A DNA stretch of 64,000 nucleotides from Eubacteriales bacterium (GTDB lineage: Bacteria > Bacillota > Clostridia > Oscillospirales > CAG-272): the NCBI GenBank assembly GCA_045651985.1, contig JAZRTK010000020.1, positions 717 to 64,716 on the forward strand. The letters are read 5' to 3'. Shown piece after piece: positions 50,167 through 60,122 of this stretch. How positions within the stretch are numbered: position 1 is the first letter of the stretch; each line of letters opens with the position of its first letter. The notes beneath the pieces were generated by a model that ran no database searches, had not been told where the DNA came from, and saw only the letters and a list, made by a program, of their open reading frames with translations. The position numbers were made by a program, and so were the translations under genes.

Positions 50167-51300
50167 GTGGTACGCTCGTTTAACGTAACAAAAAGGGAAC
50201 GGCTTAAAATGCTCGATCCTACAATAATTATCTGTACGGTCATTCTCAGCACCATGAGTATTCTGACCCTTGTGGGCGGATATGGAGAATTTCCCGACGT
50301 GACCGCAAGCAATCTTATAATTCAGGTGGGATCTGCCGTCGTCGGCGTCATCGCCATGATGATACTCTCTATGCTTGACTACGAGGAGATCGTGGAAAAG
50401 CTTTACGGCGCTTTCTTTATTATATCTGTGGCGCTGCTTGCGGTAACATTGCTTTTCGGAACGAGCATGGGAACGAACCTCAGTTACCTGCGAATCGGCC
50501 CCGTTGGAATTCAGCCCTCAGAGTTCGTAAAGGCTTCTTACGTTCTGACCTTTTCCCGCCATCTGGGCTACGCAAAGGAGAAGATAAATTCGCCCAAAAC
50601 CCTTTTAGGACTTGGATTGCACGCAGGAGTTATCATAGGTCTCGTGCTGATTTCCGGCGACCTTGGGGTTGCTCTGGTCTACATCGGGATCACTGCTATA
50701 ATGCTCTTTTGCGCGGGACTTAGCGTATGGTATTTTGCGGGCGCGCTTGTGGCGGTTGGACTTGCCTTTCCGTACATCTGGGAACGTCTTGACTACTACC
50801 AGCAGCAGAGAATTATAGTTGGATTTAACCCCGACCTTGACCCTGTCGTTTGGGGATACCAGCAGACCTGGGGCAGGCGTGCTGTTGCAAACGGCGGCGT
50901 TTGGGGCAGGGGGATGTTTAGCGGGGACTTCTATCAGATAACTCCTCATTCCGAGACCGACTTTATTTTCTCGACCTACTGCGAAAAATTCGGACTTGTG
51001 GGCGGAATATTGCTTTTTCTTACCATGGCGGTTCTGATCGTGCGTATTTTGTTCATCGCGGCGCGGGCTCGAAAGAGCTACGGACGGTTTATCTGCATCG
51101 GCGCGGCGTCGGTGCTTGTACTGCAGACCCTTGAAAACGCGGGAATGTGCATGGGCTTTTTGCCCGTTGTCGGAATCACGTTGCCGTTTATGAGCTACGG
51201 CGGCTCGTCCATGCTGGCGCTCTTTATTTTGATGGGAATGGTGCAAAGCGTCCGTTCACACCACGACAAATACTTCTTCGCCCGTACGTGGGAGGAGTGA
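50167..51300 (+). CDS. SEDS family protein (RodA/FtsW/SpoVE)
   Basis: IQPSEFVK, DLG, PHSETDFIFS, GITLPFMSYGGSS. Confidence 0.95.
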   Translation: MVRSFNVTKRERLKMLDPTIIICTVILSTMSILTLVGGYGEFPDVTASNLIIQVGSAVVGVIAMMILSMLDYEEIVEKLYGAFFIISVALLAVTLLFGTSMGTNLSYLRIGPVGIQPSEFVKASYVLTFSRHLGYAKEKINSPKTLLGLGLHAGVIIGLVLISGDLGVALVYIGITAIMLFCAGLSVWYFAGALVAVGLAFPYIWERLDYYQQQRIIVGFNPDLDPVVWGYQQTWGRRAVANGGVWGRGMFSGDFYQITPHSETDFIFSTYCEKFGLVGGILLFLTMAVLIVRILFIAARARKSYGRFICIGAASVLVLQTLENAGMCMGFLPVVGITLPFMSYGGSSMLALFILMGMVQSVRSHHDKYFFARTWEE

Positions 51301-51356
51301 AAAATAAAAATTGCGGCTTTTGCCGCAATTTTTTTGGAAAATTTTGAATATAACTA

Positions 51357-51385
51357 TTGCATTTGTCGCAGAAACGAAGTATAAT
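51357..51385 (+). promoter_or_regulatory. SigA promoter of the dual-HTH regulator
   Basis: TTGCAT-N17-TATAAT. Confidence 0.75.
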
Positions 51386-51444
51386 AAGATTACAGTTGTC
51401 GCAGCTGCGACGGATATAGCCATATATACGTCGTTTCGACGACA
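51364..51444. promoter_or_regulatory. Three 16-bp palindromic operator-like sites, TGTCG-N6-CGACA
   Basis: 51364-51379 TGTCGcagaaaCGAAG; 51397-51412 TGTCGcagctgCGACG; 51429-51444 CGTCGtttcgaCGACA. Confidence 0.65.
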
Positions 51445-51462
51445 GATAGGACGGTTGAAAGT

Positions 51463-52710
51463 ATGAAAATGATAACGGCGCAAGAAGCGGCACAAAAATG
51501 GGGTATTTCGCTCAGACGAGTGCAGGATTACTGCAAAAAGGGCAGGATCACGGGGGCTGAAAAATTCGGGCTGAACTGGATGATCCCCGAGGGCGCGCAG
51601 CGCCCTGCAGACGGACGCACGAGACAGGGCAGAGAGGGGCAGGCGGACAAGGTATCTGCCGATATGCCCATGCCCAGAAAAACTCCTTTCCTTTATATGA
51701 CCGACTTGTACCATACTCCGGGCGCGGCGGAGGAGAGCATTGCGGCTTTAGCTGATAACCCCGAGGCTCAGATACTTTTTGCCGCCGAGGTAGCATATTC
51801 AAGAGGTGAAATAGACAAGGTCTATGAAAGTGCCAACTATCTGCTTCAAAAGCACTCGGGATTTTATGCGGTCATAGCCGCGGGAATGTTGCTGGCGCTT
51901 TGCGCCATCTGGAAGGGCGACCTGAATATGTGGCGCCGCGCCAAAATGCATATTGCCGAGGTACCGGCGCAGACCGATGCTCAGCGGGACCTTGCCGTCT
52001 TTTCCATTACCGCCGTTGACAGTATGCTATATGACGTGGCGGGTTTCCCCGAATGGTTCAAGATCGGCTGTTTTGACCCGCTTCACCGCGACTCATTGCC
52101 TGCGGCAAAGGTCTTTTACGCAAAATATCTTTACGCGGCGGGATATGCCGTTGCAACAAAGGAAATAGAGATCGAGGGTATTCACGGCTTGTCGCTCCTT
52201 AAATTGCTCCCCGCGACCTTGGAGCCCATGATCTCACAGGCGGCGGCTGACAGTACGGTCATCGCCGAGATATATTTGCGCATGACGTGCGCGGTGGTCT
52301 ATCACACGGCAGGAAACGATACGCAGGCAGTCCGCCACATCGACCGTGCTATAGCCTTGGCTTTGCCCGATCGTCTTTACGGTCTGATCGCCGAATACCG
52401 CCGCACTCTCGGTGCGTTGCTTGACCGCAGGCTTATGCACGCAGGACCCGAGGTCTGCGAGCGGGTGTCGGCTCTGCACGTCGCATATAACGAAGGCTGG
52501 GCGAAGCTCAGCGGTGCCGCCAGAGGGCGCGTAATCTACACCACTCTTGCTCCCAAGGAGCGTGAGGTGGCAAAGCTTGCGGCGTTTGGCATGAAAAACG
52601 CCGAAATTGCCCAGAAGCTGCATATGTCCATCTCGGGCGTAAAGCAGGCGGTCACCAAGGTATCTCAGAAAACGGGTGTATCAAGAGAAGAATTCGCGGC
52701 TATACTGTGA
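51463..52710 (+). CDS. Regulator with N-terminal excisionase/MerR-like HTH, helical (TPR-like) core and C-terminal LuxR HTH
   Basis: TAQEAAQKWGISLRRVQDYCKKGRI..WMIP; LAPKEREVAKLAAFGMKNAEIAQKLHMS. Confidence 0.88.
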   Translation: MKMITAQEAAQKWGISLRRVQDYCKKGRITGAEKFGLNWMIPEGAQRPADGRTRQGREGQADKVSADMPMPRKTPFLYMTDLYHTPGAAEESIAALADNPEAQILFAAEVAYSRGEIDKVYESANYLLQKHSGFYAVIAAGMLLALCAIWKGDLNMWRRAKMHIAEVPAQTDAQRDLAVFSITAVDSMLYDVAGFPEWFKIGCFDPLHRDSLPAAKVFYAKYLYAAGYAVATKEIEIEGIHGLSLLKLLPATLEPMISQAAADSTVIAEIYLRMTCAVVYHTAGNDTQAVRHIDRAIALALPDRLYGLIAEYRRTLGALLDRRLMHAGPEVCERVSALHVAYNEGWAKLSGAARGRVIYTTLAPKEREVAKLAAFGMKNAEIAQKLHMSISGVKQAVTKVSQKTGVSREEFAAIL

Positions 52711-52845
52711 TGTCCTCTTTGTCCTGAAAAAGTACAGGAAAAAATGTCCCGAAAAGGCAATTTCGGGTAGTACACAAAAACGAAAAGATCTGCTATACTG
52801 TTCTCAGTCGAACGGCATAGCAGATTTTTTTTGAAAGGAGACACC

Positions 52846-53199
52846 ATGTTTACAAAAACGCTCAATTCGGGCAACGTCCCCATGCCGCGTGAAGGGGATC
52901 TGTATAAAAGGATAACGGTCTCGGGCAAGACCTTCGAGCTGTATTACGGTTATTATGAAGAGTTCGAGAGAGAATACAACGACCCGATACCGCTGTATCC
53001 CGATTTTTCCCGACAACCGTGTTACACCGATGACGGCGAACCGATTGTTACGGGAATGCAGGACCCCTGTCCGTATTATAATGGAAAGGAAAGCGGCGAC
53101 AGCTGTGCCTCCTGTAGGTTTTTTGAAAACCGCGAGGAGCTTTTCGGCATCTGCACCTGTCCGAAAAACAAAAAAGACGCGCAGGGTAACGACATATAA
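52846..53199 (+). CDS. Small Cys-rich hypothetical protein
   Basis: AAAGGAG RBS; FELYYGYYEE, PIPLYPDF, QDPCPYY, CASCRFF, GICTCP. Confidence 0.85.
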   Translation: MFTKTLNSGNVPMPREGDLYKRITVSGKTFELYYGYYEEFEREYNDPIPLYPDFSRQPCYTDDGEPIVTGMQDPCPYYNGKESGDSCASCRFFENREELFGICTCPKNKKDAQGNDI

Positions 53200-53246
53200 A
53201 AGTAAACCCCAAAATTCATATAAATGATTATAAAAGGAGAAAAATT

Positions 53247-56200
53247 ATGAAACAGACCAAAAAGCTTCTTGCCCTTTTAATGGCGGTTGCAATGATCCTC
53301 GTTTCGGTACCGTTTACAGGCGCGGTACAGACCGCTTCCGAGACGAGAAAGATGAATGACAACCAAGGCGACGGCATCATCCTCTACAAGGACGCCGTAC
53401 CTCACGTAGAAAACGGCACCCCCGACGGCACGGTGGATATTATAATCGAAGCCATGACCACAGGCGCTGTTACAAGCTCCCAGAGAGTTATTCCCACCGA
53501 CATCGTTCTCGTTCTCGACACATCCGGAAGTATGGATGAGATCGACTCGCACATGGTTGACACCTACAACGAGGTGCTGGGTACGAGCTTCACATATTGG
53601 TTTAACACCTACTACGGCTTTAACAACACAAACAACTATTACATTCTCGTTGACGGTGAGTATATACAAGTTTCCCGCTCCAACGCAGACGATAATAACT
53701 ACTATTATTACCGCTACCGCAACGGTCAGAGCTGGGTGTACGTTTACCCCGAGCTGAACGCAAGCATAGCGGCAAACAGAAGCGAGAATTATCCTGTTTA
53801 TCAGTTCTATAACAGAACGACAGGTTATCCCGCAGGCACCAAGACCAAGATGGAGCACCTTCAGGACGCGGTAAAGAACTTTATCGACCAGACCTTAGCC
53901 AGCAACGCAGGTATCGCAAACGATCGTGATAAGCACCGCATCTCTATCGTTAAGTTTGCAACCGACGCTTATTACAGCGGCTCGGGCTCTACTCAGGACG
54001 CAGGAAGCACCGCCGTTGGCAACAACTTTAACCGTGACGGATACAACTACACTCAGATAGTTGAGGAACTGACGACGGTCAATGCAGCGGGTGCCGCTTC
54101 TCTCAAGAGCGCGGTCGATTCTCTTGAGGCTGCGGGCGCTACCGCAATAGATTACGGTCTGGCGCTGGCAGAGCACGCCCTCTTTGACGACAGAACGGCG
54201 GCTGATATCGCAGGCCGTCACGAGATCGTGGTACTCTTTACAGACGGCTCTCCCACACATCAAAGCGGATATGATGCTTCTGTTGCGGCAGACGCCGTAA
54301 AAAACGCGGCGGCACTTAAGTCCGAGAACGTTGAGATATACACCATCAGCGTGGCGGCTAACGCGGACGCATCTCAGCTCGGCTCCGATCAGACAAACGC
54401 TTTCTGCCACTACGTTTCAAGCAATTATCCCAACGCTACCGCTTCGGGTAACAGTATAAATGCAGGCACGGGCGATCCCACGGCAGGCTATTACTGGGTT
54501 CCCGATGACGTTCTGACTCTTGACGCTATCTTTGAGTCGGTCCTTGACGCTGTTGGAACTCCCACCATCGAGCTTGGTGAGTCTGCGGCGGTCATCGACT
54601 CCCTGACACCTTATTTCACTCTCCCCGACGGAACAAATAACATCACTCTCCAAACGGTTGACAAGACCGCAACCGATTGGGGTACGCCCGTAGTTGATCC
54701 CTCTTTGACCGCTTCCGTTGTAGGAAGCCAGATAAAGGTAAGCGGATTTGATTTCGACGCAAACTACGTTTCCTCAACTCCCCGCGACAACGGCTTTTAC
54801 GGTAAGATGCTCCGCATCATAATCAACGTGACCCCCGATCTGGCAGTACTTGACGAAAGAGTAGACGCTATCGCGGCGTCAAACGGCTACGTTGAAACCA
54901 ACCTTGGCAACGCGGCGGTTCTGGACAGCACCCAGACCCCTGTGGCGGTAGTCGAGTCCCCCGGTATAACATTAAACAAGGTTACCTATAAGCTTGACGG
55001 TCAGGTGTACGATATTCAGTTCCGACTTCCCGGAACTGTTGACTCGGTTCTGCCAAAGCACGCAAACGACGACGTTGCAACCTACACCGATTGGACTACT
55101 TCCGACGTGACGGTCAGTGAGGGCAAATACACCATGCCCGACGGCGACGTTGTATTCAACGCAACGAGTACAAAGCTTGACTATACCGTACATTATGAAT
55201 ACAGAGGTACGGTCCCCGCAGGCGTTCCCGCACCTCCCGCTTCCGCCACCTACAAGACGGGAGACAAGGTGACGGTTGCCGCTGCTCCCGCGCTTACGGG
55301 CTACGTATTCTCGGGCTGGCAGGCAGCAGAGGTCGTGGTTGAAAACGGAGAGTTTGCAATGCCCTCCCGTAACGTGACTCTTATCGGTTCTTTTGCGCCT
55401 TCCAATACGGTCGCATACAAGGTCGAGCATTATTTCCAGGGCACAGACGGAGAGTTCCCCGCAGAGCCTTCCGATTTCCATTATCATTACGACGGAACAA
55501 CAGGTGAAAAGGCAACTGCTATCATCATGACGTATCCTCAGTTCACCTACGCAGATGCTGTGACCACACCCGCAGGACACACCTATACGTCTGTTCCCGA
55601 GGGCACAGTTGTATCTGACGGCTCTTTGGTTCTGAAGCTTTACTACGTTCGTAACGTTCATACCGTAACTTACAGATACGACGGCACAGTTCCCGCAAAC
55701 GCTCCCGAAGTTCCTGCAGTCAAGAGCTACCGCAACGGCGAGACAGTAACGCTGGCAGCAGTTCCCGCACTTGAGGGCTACACCTTTGTGGGCTGGTCCT
55801 CGGACGGGGCTGACGTTATTATCACCGACGGCAAGATCATGATGCCCGACCGCGACGTTATTCTCCACGGCTTCTTCCTTGAAAACGGTGATACAAAGTA
55901 TACGGTAGAGCACTATCTTGAAAGCGACACGAACGGTGTTTACGAGACTGCTCCCGCAAAGACGACGGAGCACACGGGCAAGACCAACGCCCCCGTTGTG
56001 GGCGAGCCCCTGAGCTTTGAGGGATATACTTACAACACAGAGTACAGCGCAGCTACGGCTTCGGGCAACATTCTCCCCGGCGGCGACCTTATTCTTAAGC
56101 TCTACTACGATAAGACCCCTTACAAGGTTTCTTATAAATATACGGGTGATATTCCCGCGGGTGCTCCCGCGCTTCCCGCCGAGACTACTCAGCACATGGG

Positions 56201-58478
56201 CGACGTGGTTGACGTGGCAGATCTGCCTACATTTGCAGGCTACACGTTCCACGGCTGGACGGTTGCTAACGTGACCGTATCGAACGGACAGTTTACTATG
56301 CCCGACGAGGACGTTGTATTTGTCGGTTACTTTGACAGAAACGAGGCGGCCTATACTATCTCCCACTACTTCCAGAACGAAAACGGCACTTGGGGCGATC
56401 CTCAGATCTCCTACAAGGTGGATTCTGTCGAGGGTGAGAGCGTAAGCGCTGATTACGTGACCGTTGACGGCTACGTAAATTACCCCGAGCACGCAGAAAC
56501 GCTTACAGCCGGCGTGGTTCTGGCTGACGGTTCTCTTGTACTCAAGTTCTTCTATAAGAGAACTGCCTTCAAGGTTACGTACGTTTACGATCAGCCTATT
56601 CCTGCAGGGGCTTCCGCGCTTCCCGCAGAGTCTACGCAGCTTCACGGTGCTACCGTAACGGTTGCTCCCGCGGCAACAGCTCTCGGGTACGAGTTCAGCG
56701 GCTGGACGTCTGAGAGTGTGACCATCGAGGGCGGCAAGTTCACGATGCCTCAGTCCGACGTTATCATAGTCGGACACTTCACGGCGACGACCGATACCCC
56801 TTGGAGAGTTGAGCACTACAAGCAGACTTTGGCGGGTACTTACAACAGCACTCCCGACGACGTGGATAATTTTGCGGGAATAACGGGCTATCGCGTATCC
56901 GCCGAGTACCGTCAATATGAGGGATTCACACCTGCCAAGAATAACGTTTTGGTAGGAACTATCACTCCCGCACCCGACATGCTTGTGATCAAGCTTTACT
57001 ACGAGAGAAATACCTATAACGTGACCTACCGCTATATCGGCGTTCAGCCCGAGGGCGCACCCGATATCGCAAAGTACAACATGACAAATGTGCCTTACGG
57101 TGCCACTGTCAACTTCGCGGCAAAGCCTGCCCTTGAAGGCTATGAATTTGAGGGCTGGACCTCTCATGAGGTAACTACGGCAGGCGCAAGCTTTACAATG
57201 CCCGCAATGGACGTTATCATTCTCGGTAAGTTCACGGAGAAGGCAAAGTACACCGTTATGTATCAGTACGAGGGTACAGTTCCCGCAAACGCTCCCGAGC
57301 TTCCTGCAGTTCAGTCTTATCTGCCTTCAAAGAGCGTAACGGTAGCGAACGTTCCAACTCTTGCAGGCTACACATTTGTTGGTTGGACCTCTGAGCAGGT
57401 CAACCCCGACGGCGGCAAGTTTGATATGCCTGCGCAGAACGTTCTCTTTACAGGCAAATTTGTTGAAAATGCACCTGTTGACACAAGCGGATATGCCGTT
57501 GTAAGCAAGCTTGTGGTCGCTCCTGCGGGCTTTAAGATCACGGCACCCTTTACGTTCCGTCTCCACCGTATCGACAATAACGCGGTAAGCGGTATTTACG
57601 AGGAATTTTACGTTGTTCCCGGTACACCCGCAGTTCTCGCTCTTGACCCGGGTAGGTATATGATCACCGAGATCGGCGGTGACATGAACGGATTTACACA
57701 CTCCGTATTCTGCAGTGTCAAAAACGGCATAATCGAGGTTGAGACGGGTAAGCGCACAAGCGTGATCTTTACCAACACGTACGTTGCGGTACAGCTTGAA
57801 AAGGACGATCACTTCGGTTACATCATCGGTTACCCCGACGGAACCGTAAGACCCGAGTACAATATCACCCGTGCCGAGGTCGCGACCATCTTCTTCCGTA
57901 TGCTCAAAGAGGAGAGTCGTAATAAGCTTTGGTCCACGACCAACACGTTCTCCGACGTTTCAAAGGGCAACTGGTTCAATACCGCTATCTCCACTCTCCA
58001 GAACGCAGGCGTTCTTGACGGATATTCCGACGGAACCTTCCGCCCCAATGCATACATTACAAGAGCCGAGCTTGTTAAGATCGCGGCTACCTTCTACGGA
58101 ACGGCGGCAGGAATGCAGTCGCACTTCTCCGACACCTCCTCTCACTGGGCAAACGATTTCATCGAGGCTGCACGCGAGCTTGGAATCGTTGACGGTTACA
58201 CAGACGGATCCTTCCGTCCTAACCGGTATGTGACAAGAGCCGAGGCTATGAAGATCATCAACCGTACTCTTGACAGAGTTCCTCATAAGGATCACCTGCT
58301 TCCTAACATGATCAAGTGGGTTGACAACAGCAATAAGAACAAGTGGTACTACGCAGACGTTCAGGAAGCTACCAACTCTCATATTTATATCCGTGACGAG
58401 GAGTTTGAGAGATGGGTGAGAATACTTCCCGTACGGGACTGGGCAGCACTTGAGTTGGGCTGGAGTAAAGAACACTGA
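53247..58478 (+). CDS. Large SLH-anchored surface adhesin (vWA domain + repeated beta-sandwich stalk + SLH)
   Basis: Signal peptide; LVLDTSGSM MIDAS and LFTDG; repeats GYxFxGW..FxMP..V alternating with YxVEHY..LKLYY; IGYPDGTVRP..ITRAEVA SLH motifs. Confidence 0.92.
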   Translation: MKQTKKLLALLMAVAMILVSVPFTGAVQTASETRKMNDNQGDGIILYKDAVPHVENGTPDGTVDIIIEAMTTGAVTSSQRVIPTDIVLVLDTSGSMDEIDSHMVDTYNEVLGTSFTYWFNTYYGFNNTNNYYILVDGEYIQVSRSNADDNNYYYYRYRNGQSWVYVYPELNASIAANRSENYPVYQFYNRTTGYPAGTKTKMEHLQDAVKNFIDQTLASNAGIANDRDKHRISIVKFATDAYYSGSGSTQDAGSTAVGNNFNRDGYNYTQIVEELTTVNAAGAASLKSAVDSLEAAGATAIDYGLALAEHALFDDRTAADIAGRHEIVVLFTDGSPTHQSGYDASVAADAVKNAAALKSENVEIYTISVAANADASQLGSDQTNAFCHYVSSNYPNATASGNSINAGTGDPTAGYYWVPDDVLTLDAIFESVLDAVGTPTIELGESAAVIDSLTPYFTLPDGTNNITLQTVDKTATDWGTPVVDPSLTASVVGSQIKVSGFDFDANYVSSTPRDNGFYGKMLRIIINVTPDLAVLDERVDAIAASNGYVETNLGNAAVLDSTQTPVAVVESPGITLNKVTYKLDGQVYDIQFRLPGTVDSVLPKHANDDVATYTDWTTSDVTVSEGKYTMPDGDVVFNATSTKLDYTVHYEYRGTVPAGVPAPPASATYKTGDKVTVAAAPALTGYVFSGWQAAEVVVENGEFAMPSRNVTLIGSFAPSNTVAYKVEHYFQGTDGEFPAEPSDFHYHYDGTTGEKATAIIMTYPQFTYADAVTTPAGHTYTSVPEGTVVSDGSLVLKLYYVRNVHTVTYRYDGTVPANAPEVPAVKSYRNGETVTLAAVPALEGYTFVGWSSDGADVIITDGKIMMPDRDVILHGFFLENGDTKYTVEHYLESDTNGVYETAPAKTTEHTGKTNAPVVGEPLSFEGYTYNTEYSAATASGNILPGGDLILKLYYDKTPYKVSYKYTGDIPAGAPALPAETTQHMGDVVDVADLPTFAGYTFHGWTVANVTVSNGQFTMPDEDVVFVGYFDRNEAAYTISHYFQNENGTWGDPQISYKVDSVEGESVSADYVTVDGYVNYPEHAETLTAGVVLADGSLVLKFFYKRTAFKVTYVYDQPIPAGASALPAESTQLHGATVTVAPAATALGYEFSGWTSESVTIEGGKFTMPQSDVIIVGHFTATTDTPWRVEHYKQTLAGTYNSTPDDVDNFAGITGYRVSAEYRQYEGFTPAKNNVLVGTITPAPDMLVIKLYYERNTYNVTYRYIGVQPEGAPDIAKYNMTNVPYGATVNFAAKPALEGYEFEGWTSHEVTTAGASFTMPAMDVIILGKFTEKAKYTVMYQYEGTVPANAPELPAVQSYLPSKSVTVANVPTLAGYTFVGWTSEQVNPDGGKFDMPAQNVLFTGKFVENAPVDTSGYAVVSKLVVAPAGFKITAPFTFRLHRIDNNAVSGIYEEFYVVPGTPAVLALDPGRYMITEIGGDMNGFTHSVFCSVKNGIIEVETGKRTSVIFTNTYVAVQLEKDDHFGYIIGYPDGTVRPEYNITRAEVATIFFRMLKEESRNKLWSTTNTFSDVSKGNWFNTAISTLQNAGVLDGYSDGTFRPNAYITRAELVKIAATFYGTAAGMQSHFSDTSSHWANDFIEAARELGIVDGYTDGSFRPNRYVTRAEAMKIINRTLDRVPHKDHLLPNMIKWVDNSNKNKWYYADVQEATNSHIYIRDEEFERWVRILPVRDWAALELGWSKEH

Positions 58479-58629
58479 TAAAACTCCGAAGGGACCGCTT
58501 CTTTTGAAGCGGTCCCGCATTTTGAAAACAAGACAGGGTTTTGGGCGTGTTTTGGTTGACTGTGTGAAATTTTTGTGGTATTATACAGGGGAATGGGATT
58601 TTGATACTGCAAAAGAGAGGTGAATTTCC

Positions 58630-59487
58630 GTGTCAAAGACAATTTTTTGGAAGAATTTCAGGGATTTTTCGATTATAACCTTCGGAGTTATGCTTGCGGC
58701 GGCGTCCATATTCTTCTTTATGATGCCAAGTAACGTGGTGGTAGGAAGCGCGTCGGCGCTTGCTATGGTCATCAGCAACTTTGTTCCGTTGCAGGTGTCG
58801 GCGATCAACCTGATAATAAACGTGGTCCTGCTTATCATCGGATTTATCCTTATTGGACCGGAATTTGGTGTCAAGACCGTATATGCGGCAATTATGCTGC
58901 CTGTTTTTATCGGTGTTTTTGAGTTTGTTTTCCCGAATTTTCAGTCTCTGACTCAGGACCCCTTGCTTGATACTTTGTGCTACGTTTTAGTGGTCAGCAT
59001 CGCTATGGCGATACTGTTCTCCCGCAACGCGTCGTCGGGCGGACTTGACATTGTTGCGAAGATAATCAACAAATTTATGCATATGGAGCTTGGCCGAGCC
59101 TATTCGTTTTCGGGAATTGCCGTGGCGTTGACAGCGGCGTTGTGCTATGATACAAAGACAGTCATTTTATCGGTGCTGGGTACGTATTTCGGCGGAATCG
59201 TGGTCGACCACTTCATTTTCGGGTTAAATATCAAACGCCGTGTTTGCATAATTTCGCCGAAGCTTGATGAGATAGTAGGTTACATTCTCCACGAGCTTCA
59301 CAGCGGTGCGACATTAAACGACATAACGGGAGCTTACGACAACATTACCCGCCGCGAGGTCATTACGATAGTGGATAAGAACGAGTACCGTAAGCTTATG
59401 GATTTTGTGAGAAGGACCGACCCCAAGGCGTTTGTAACGGTTTATTCGGTCAGCGAGATGCGATATCAGCCGAAGGTGAAGAAGTAA
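58630..59487 (+). CDS. YitT family membrane protein
   Basis: NASSGGLDIVA, GAT..GAY, DPKAFV. Confidence 0.92.
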   Translation: MSKTIFWKNFRDFSIITFGVMLAAASIFFFMMPSNVVVGSASALAMVISNFVPLQVSAINLIINVVLLIIGFILIGPEFGVKTVYAAIMLPVFIGVFEFVFPNFQSLTQDPLLDTLCYVLVVSIAMAILFSRNASSGGLDIVAKIINKFMHMELGRAYSFSGIAVALTAALCYDTKTVILSVLGTYFGGIVVDHFIFGLNIKRRVCIISPKLDEIVGYILHELHSGATLNDITGAYDNITRREVITIVDKNEYRKLMDFVRRTDPKAFVTVYSVSEMRYQPKVKK

Positions 59488-59501
59488 GAAAGGAAATCAA
59501 T

Positions 59502-59879
59502 ATGAAAAGTATAAAACCCGGACGCGGTCCTTCAATGATGGGCGGTGTTATTGGAATATTTATGATAGGTTTCGGTGTCGTATGGACCGTTCTGGCATCA
59601 CAGGCCAGCGGGATTTTTGCTCTGTTCGGGGTGTTCTGGACGGGTATGGCAATAGCTATGACGGTGTATAATTTCAAGAATGCCACGGGCAAGAACCGCT
59701 ATTCCGCATACGACATTACCGATGGGCACGAGGAGCCCGATCCGCTCAATGAGATTTTTGGTACTCAGAGTGCAGAGGCGAAAAAGGGCGAGACGGAGAA
59801 CAAGTTCTGCCCGTATTGCGGAACGCCTTTGGCTCGGGATTTTGAATTTTGCAATAATTGCGGCAAGAAGCTGCCGTAA
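59502..59879 (+). CDS. Membrane protein with C-terminal zinc ribbon
   Basis: Two TM segments; FCPYCG..FCNNCG. Confidence 0.88.
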   Translation: MKSIKPGRGPSMMGGVIGIFMIGFGVVWTVLASQASGIFALFGVFWTGMAIAMTVYNFKNATGKNRYSAYDITDGHEEPDPLNEIFGTQSAEAKKGETENKFCPYCGTPLARDFEFCNNCGKKLP

Positions 59880-59897
59880 AGCTTTAGCAAAAACAGC

Positions 59898-59997
59898 CTG
59901 ATTCGGAACCAAAATTTGCGCAAATGTGTAGTAGGGTCGTTTGCAGGTACGGCGCAAATACGTTCAAGCGCGAAGCGCTTGAGTGGCTTTGAATCGG
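59898..59997 (+). repeat. Three-way-junction palindromic element, copy B
   Basis: CTGATTCGGAACCA/TGGCTTTGAATCGG closing stem; ATTTGCGC/GCGCAAAT; TTCAAGCGC/GCGCTTGAG. Confidence 0.55.
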
Positions 59998-60010
59998 TGG
60001 AGTTTTCAGC

Positions 60011-60046
60011 AAAAAAAGAGGAATGGTAAACCATTCCTCTTTTTTT
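60011..60046. terminator. Bidirectional terminator at the tRNA-Val 3' end
   Basis: AAAAAAAGAGGAATGG-TAAA-CCATTCCTCTTTTTTT. Confidence 0.9.
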
Positions 60047-60122
60047 GGTGGAAACAGCTGGATTCGAACCAGCGACCCCTTGCATGTCAAGCAAGTACTC
60101 TAACCATCTGAGCTATGCTTCC
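60046..60122 (-). tRNA. tRNA-Val (GAC)
   Basis: 77 nt GGAAGCA...TGTTTCC-ACCA; anticodon loop TTGACAT. Confidence 0.97.

Noticed and set aside
54972-57167. 731-aa antisense ORF
   Set aside because: Shadow of the biased codon usage of the adhesin gene on the opposite strand; no RBS or motifs.
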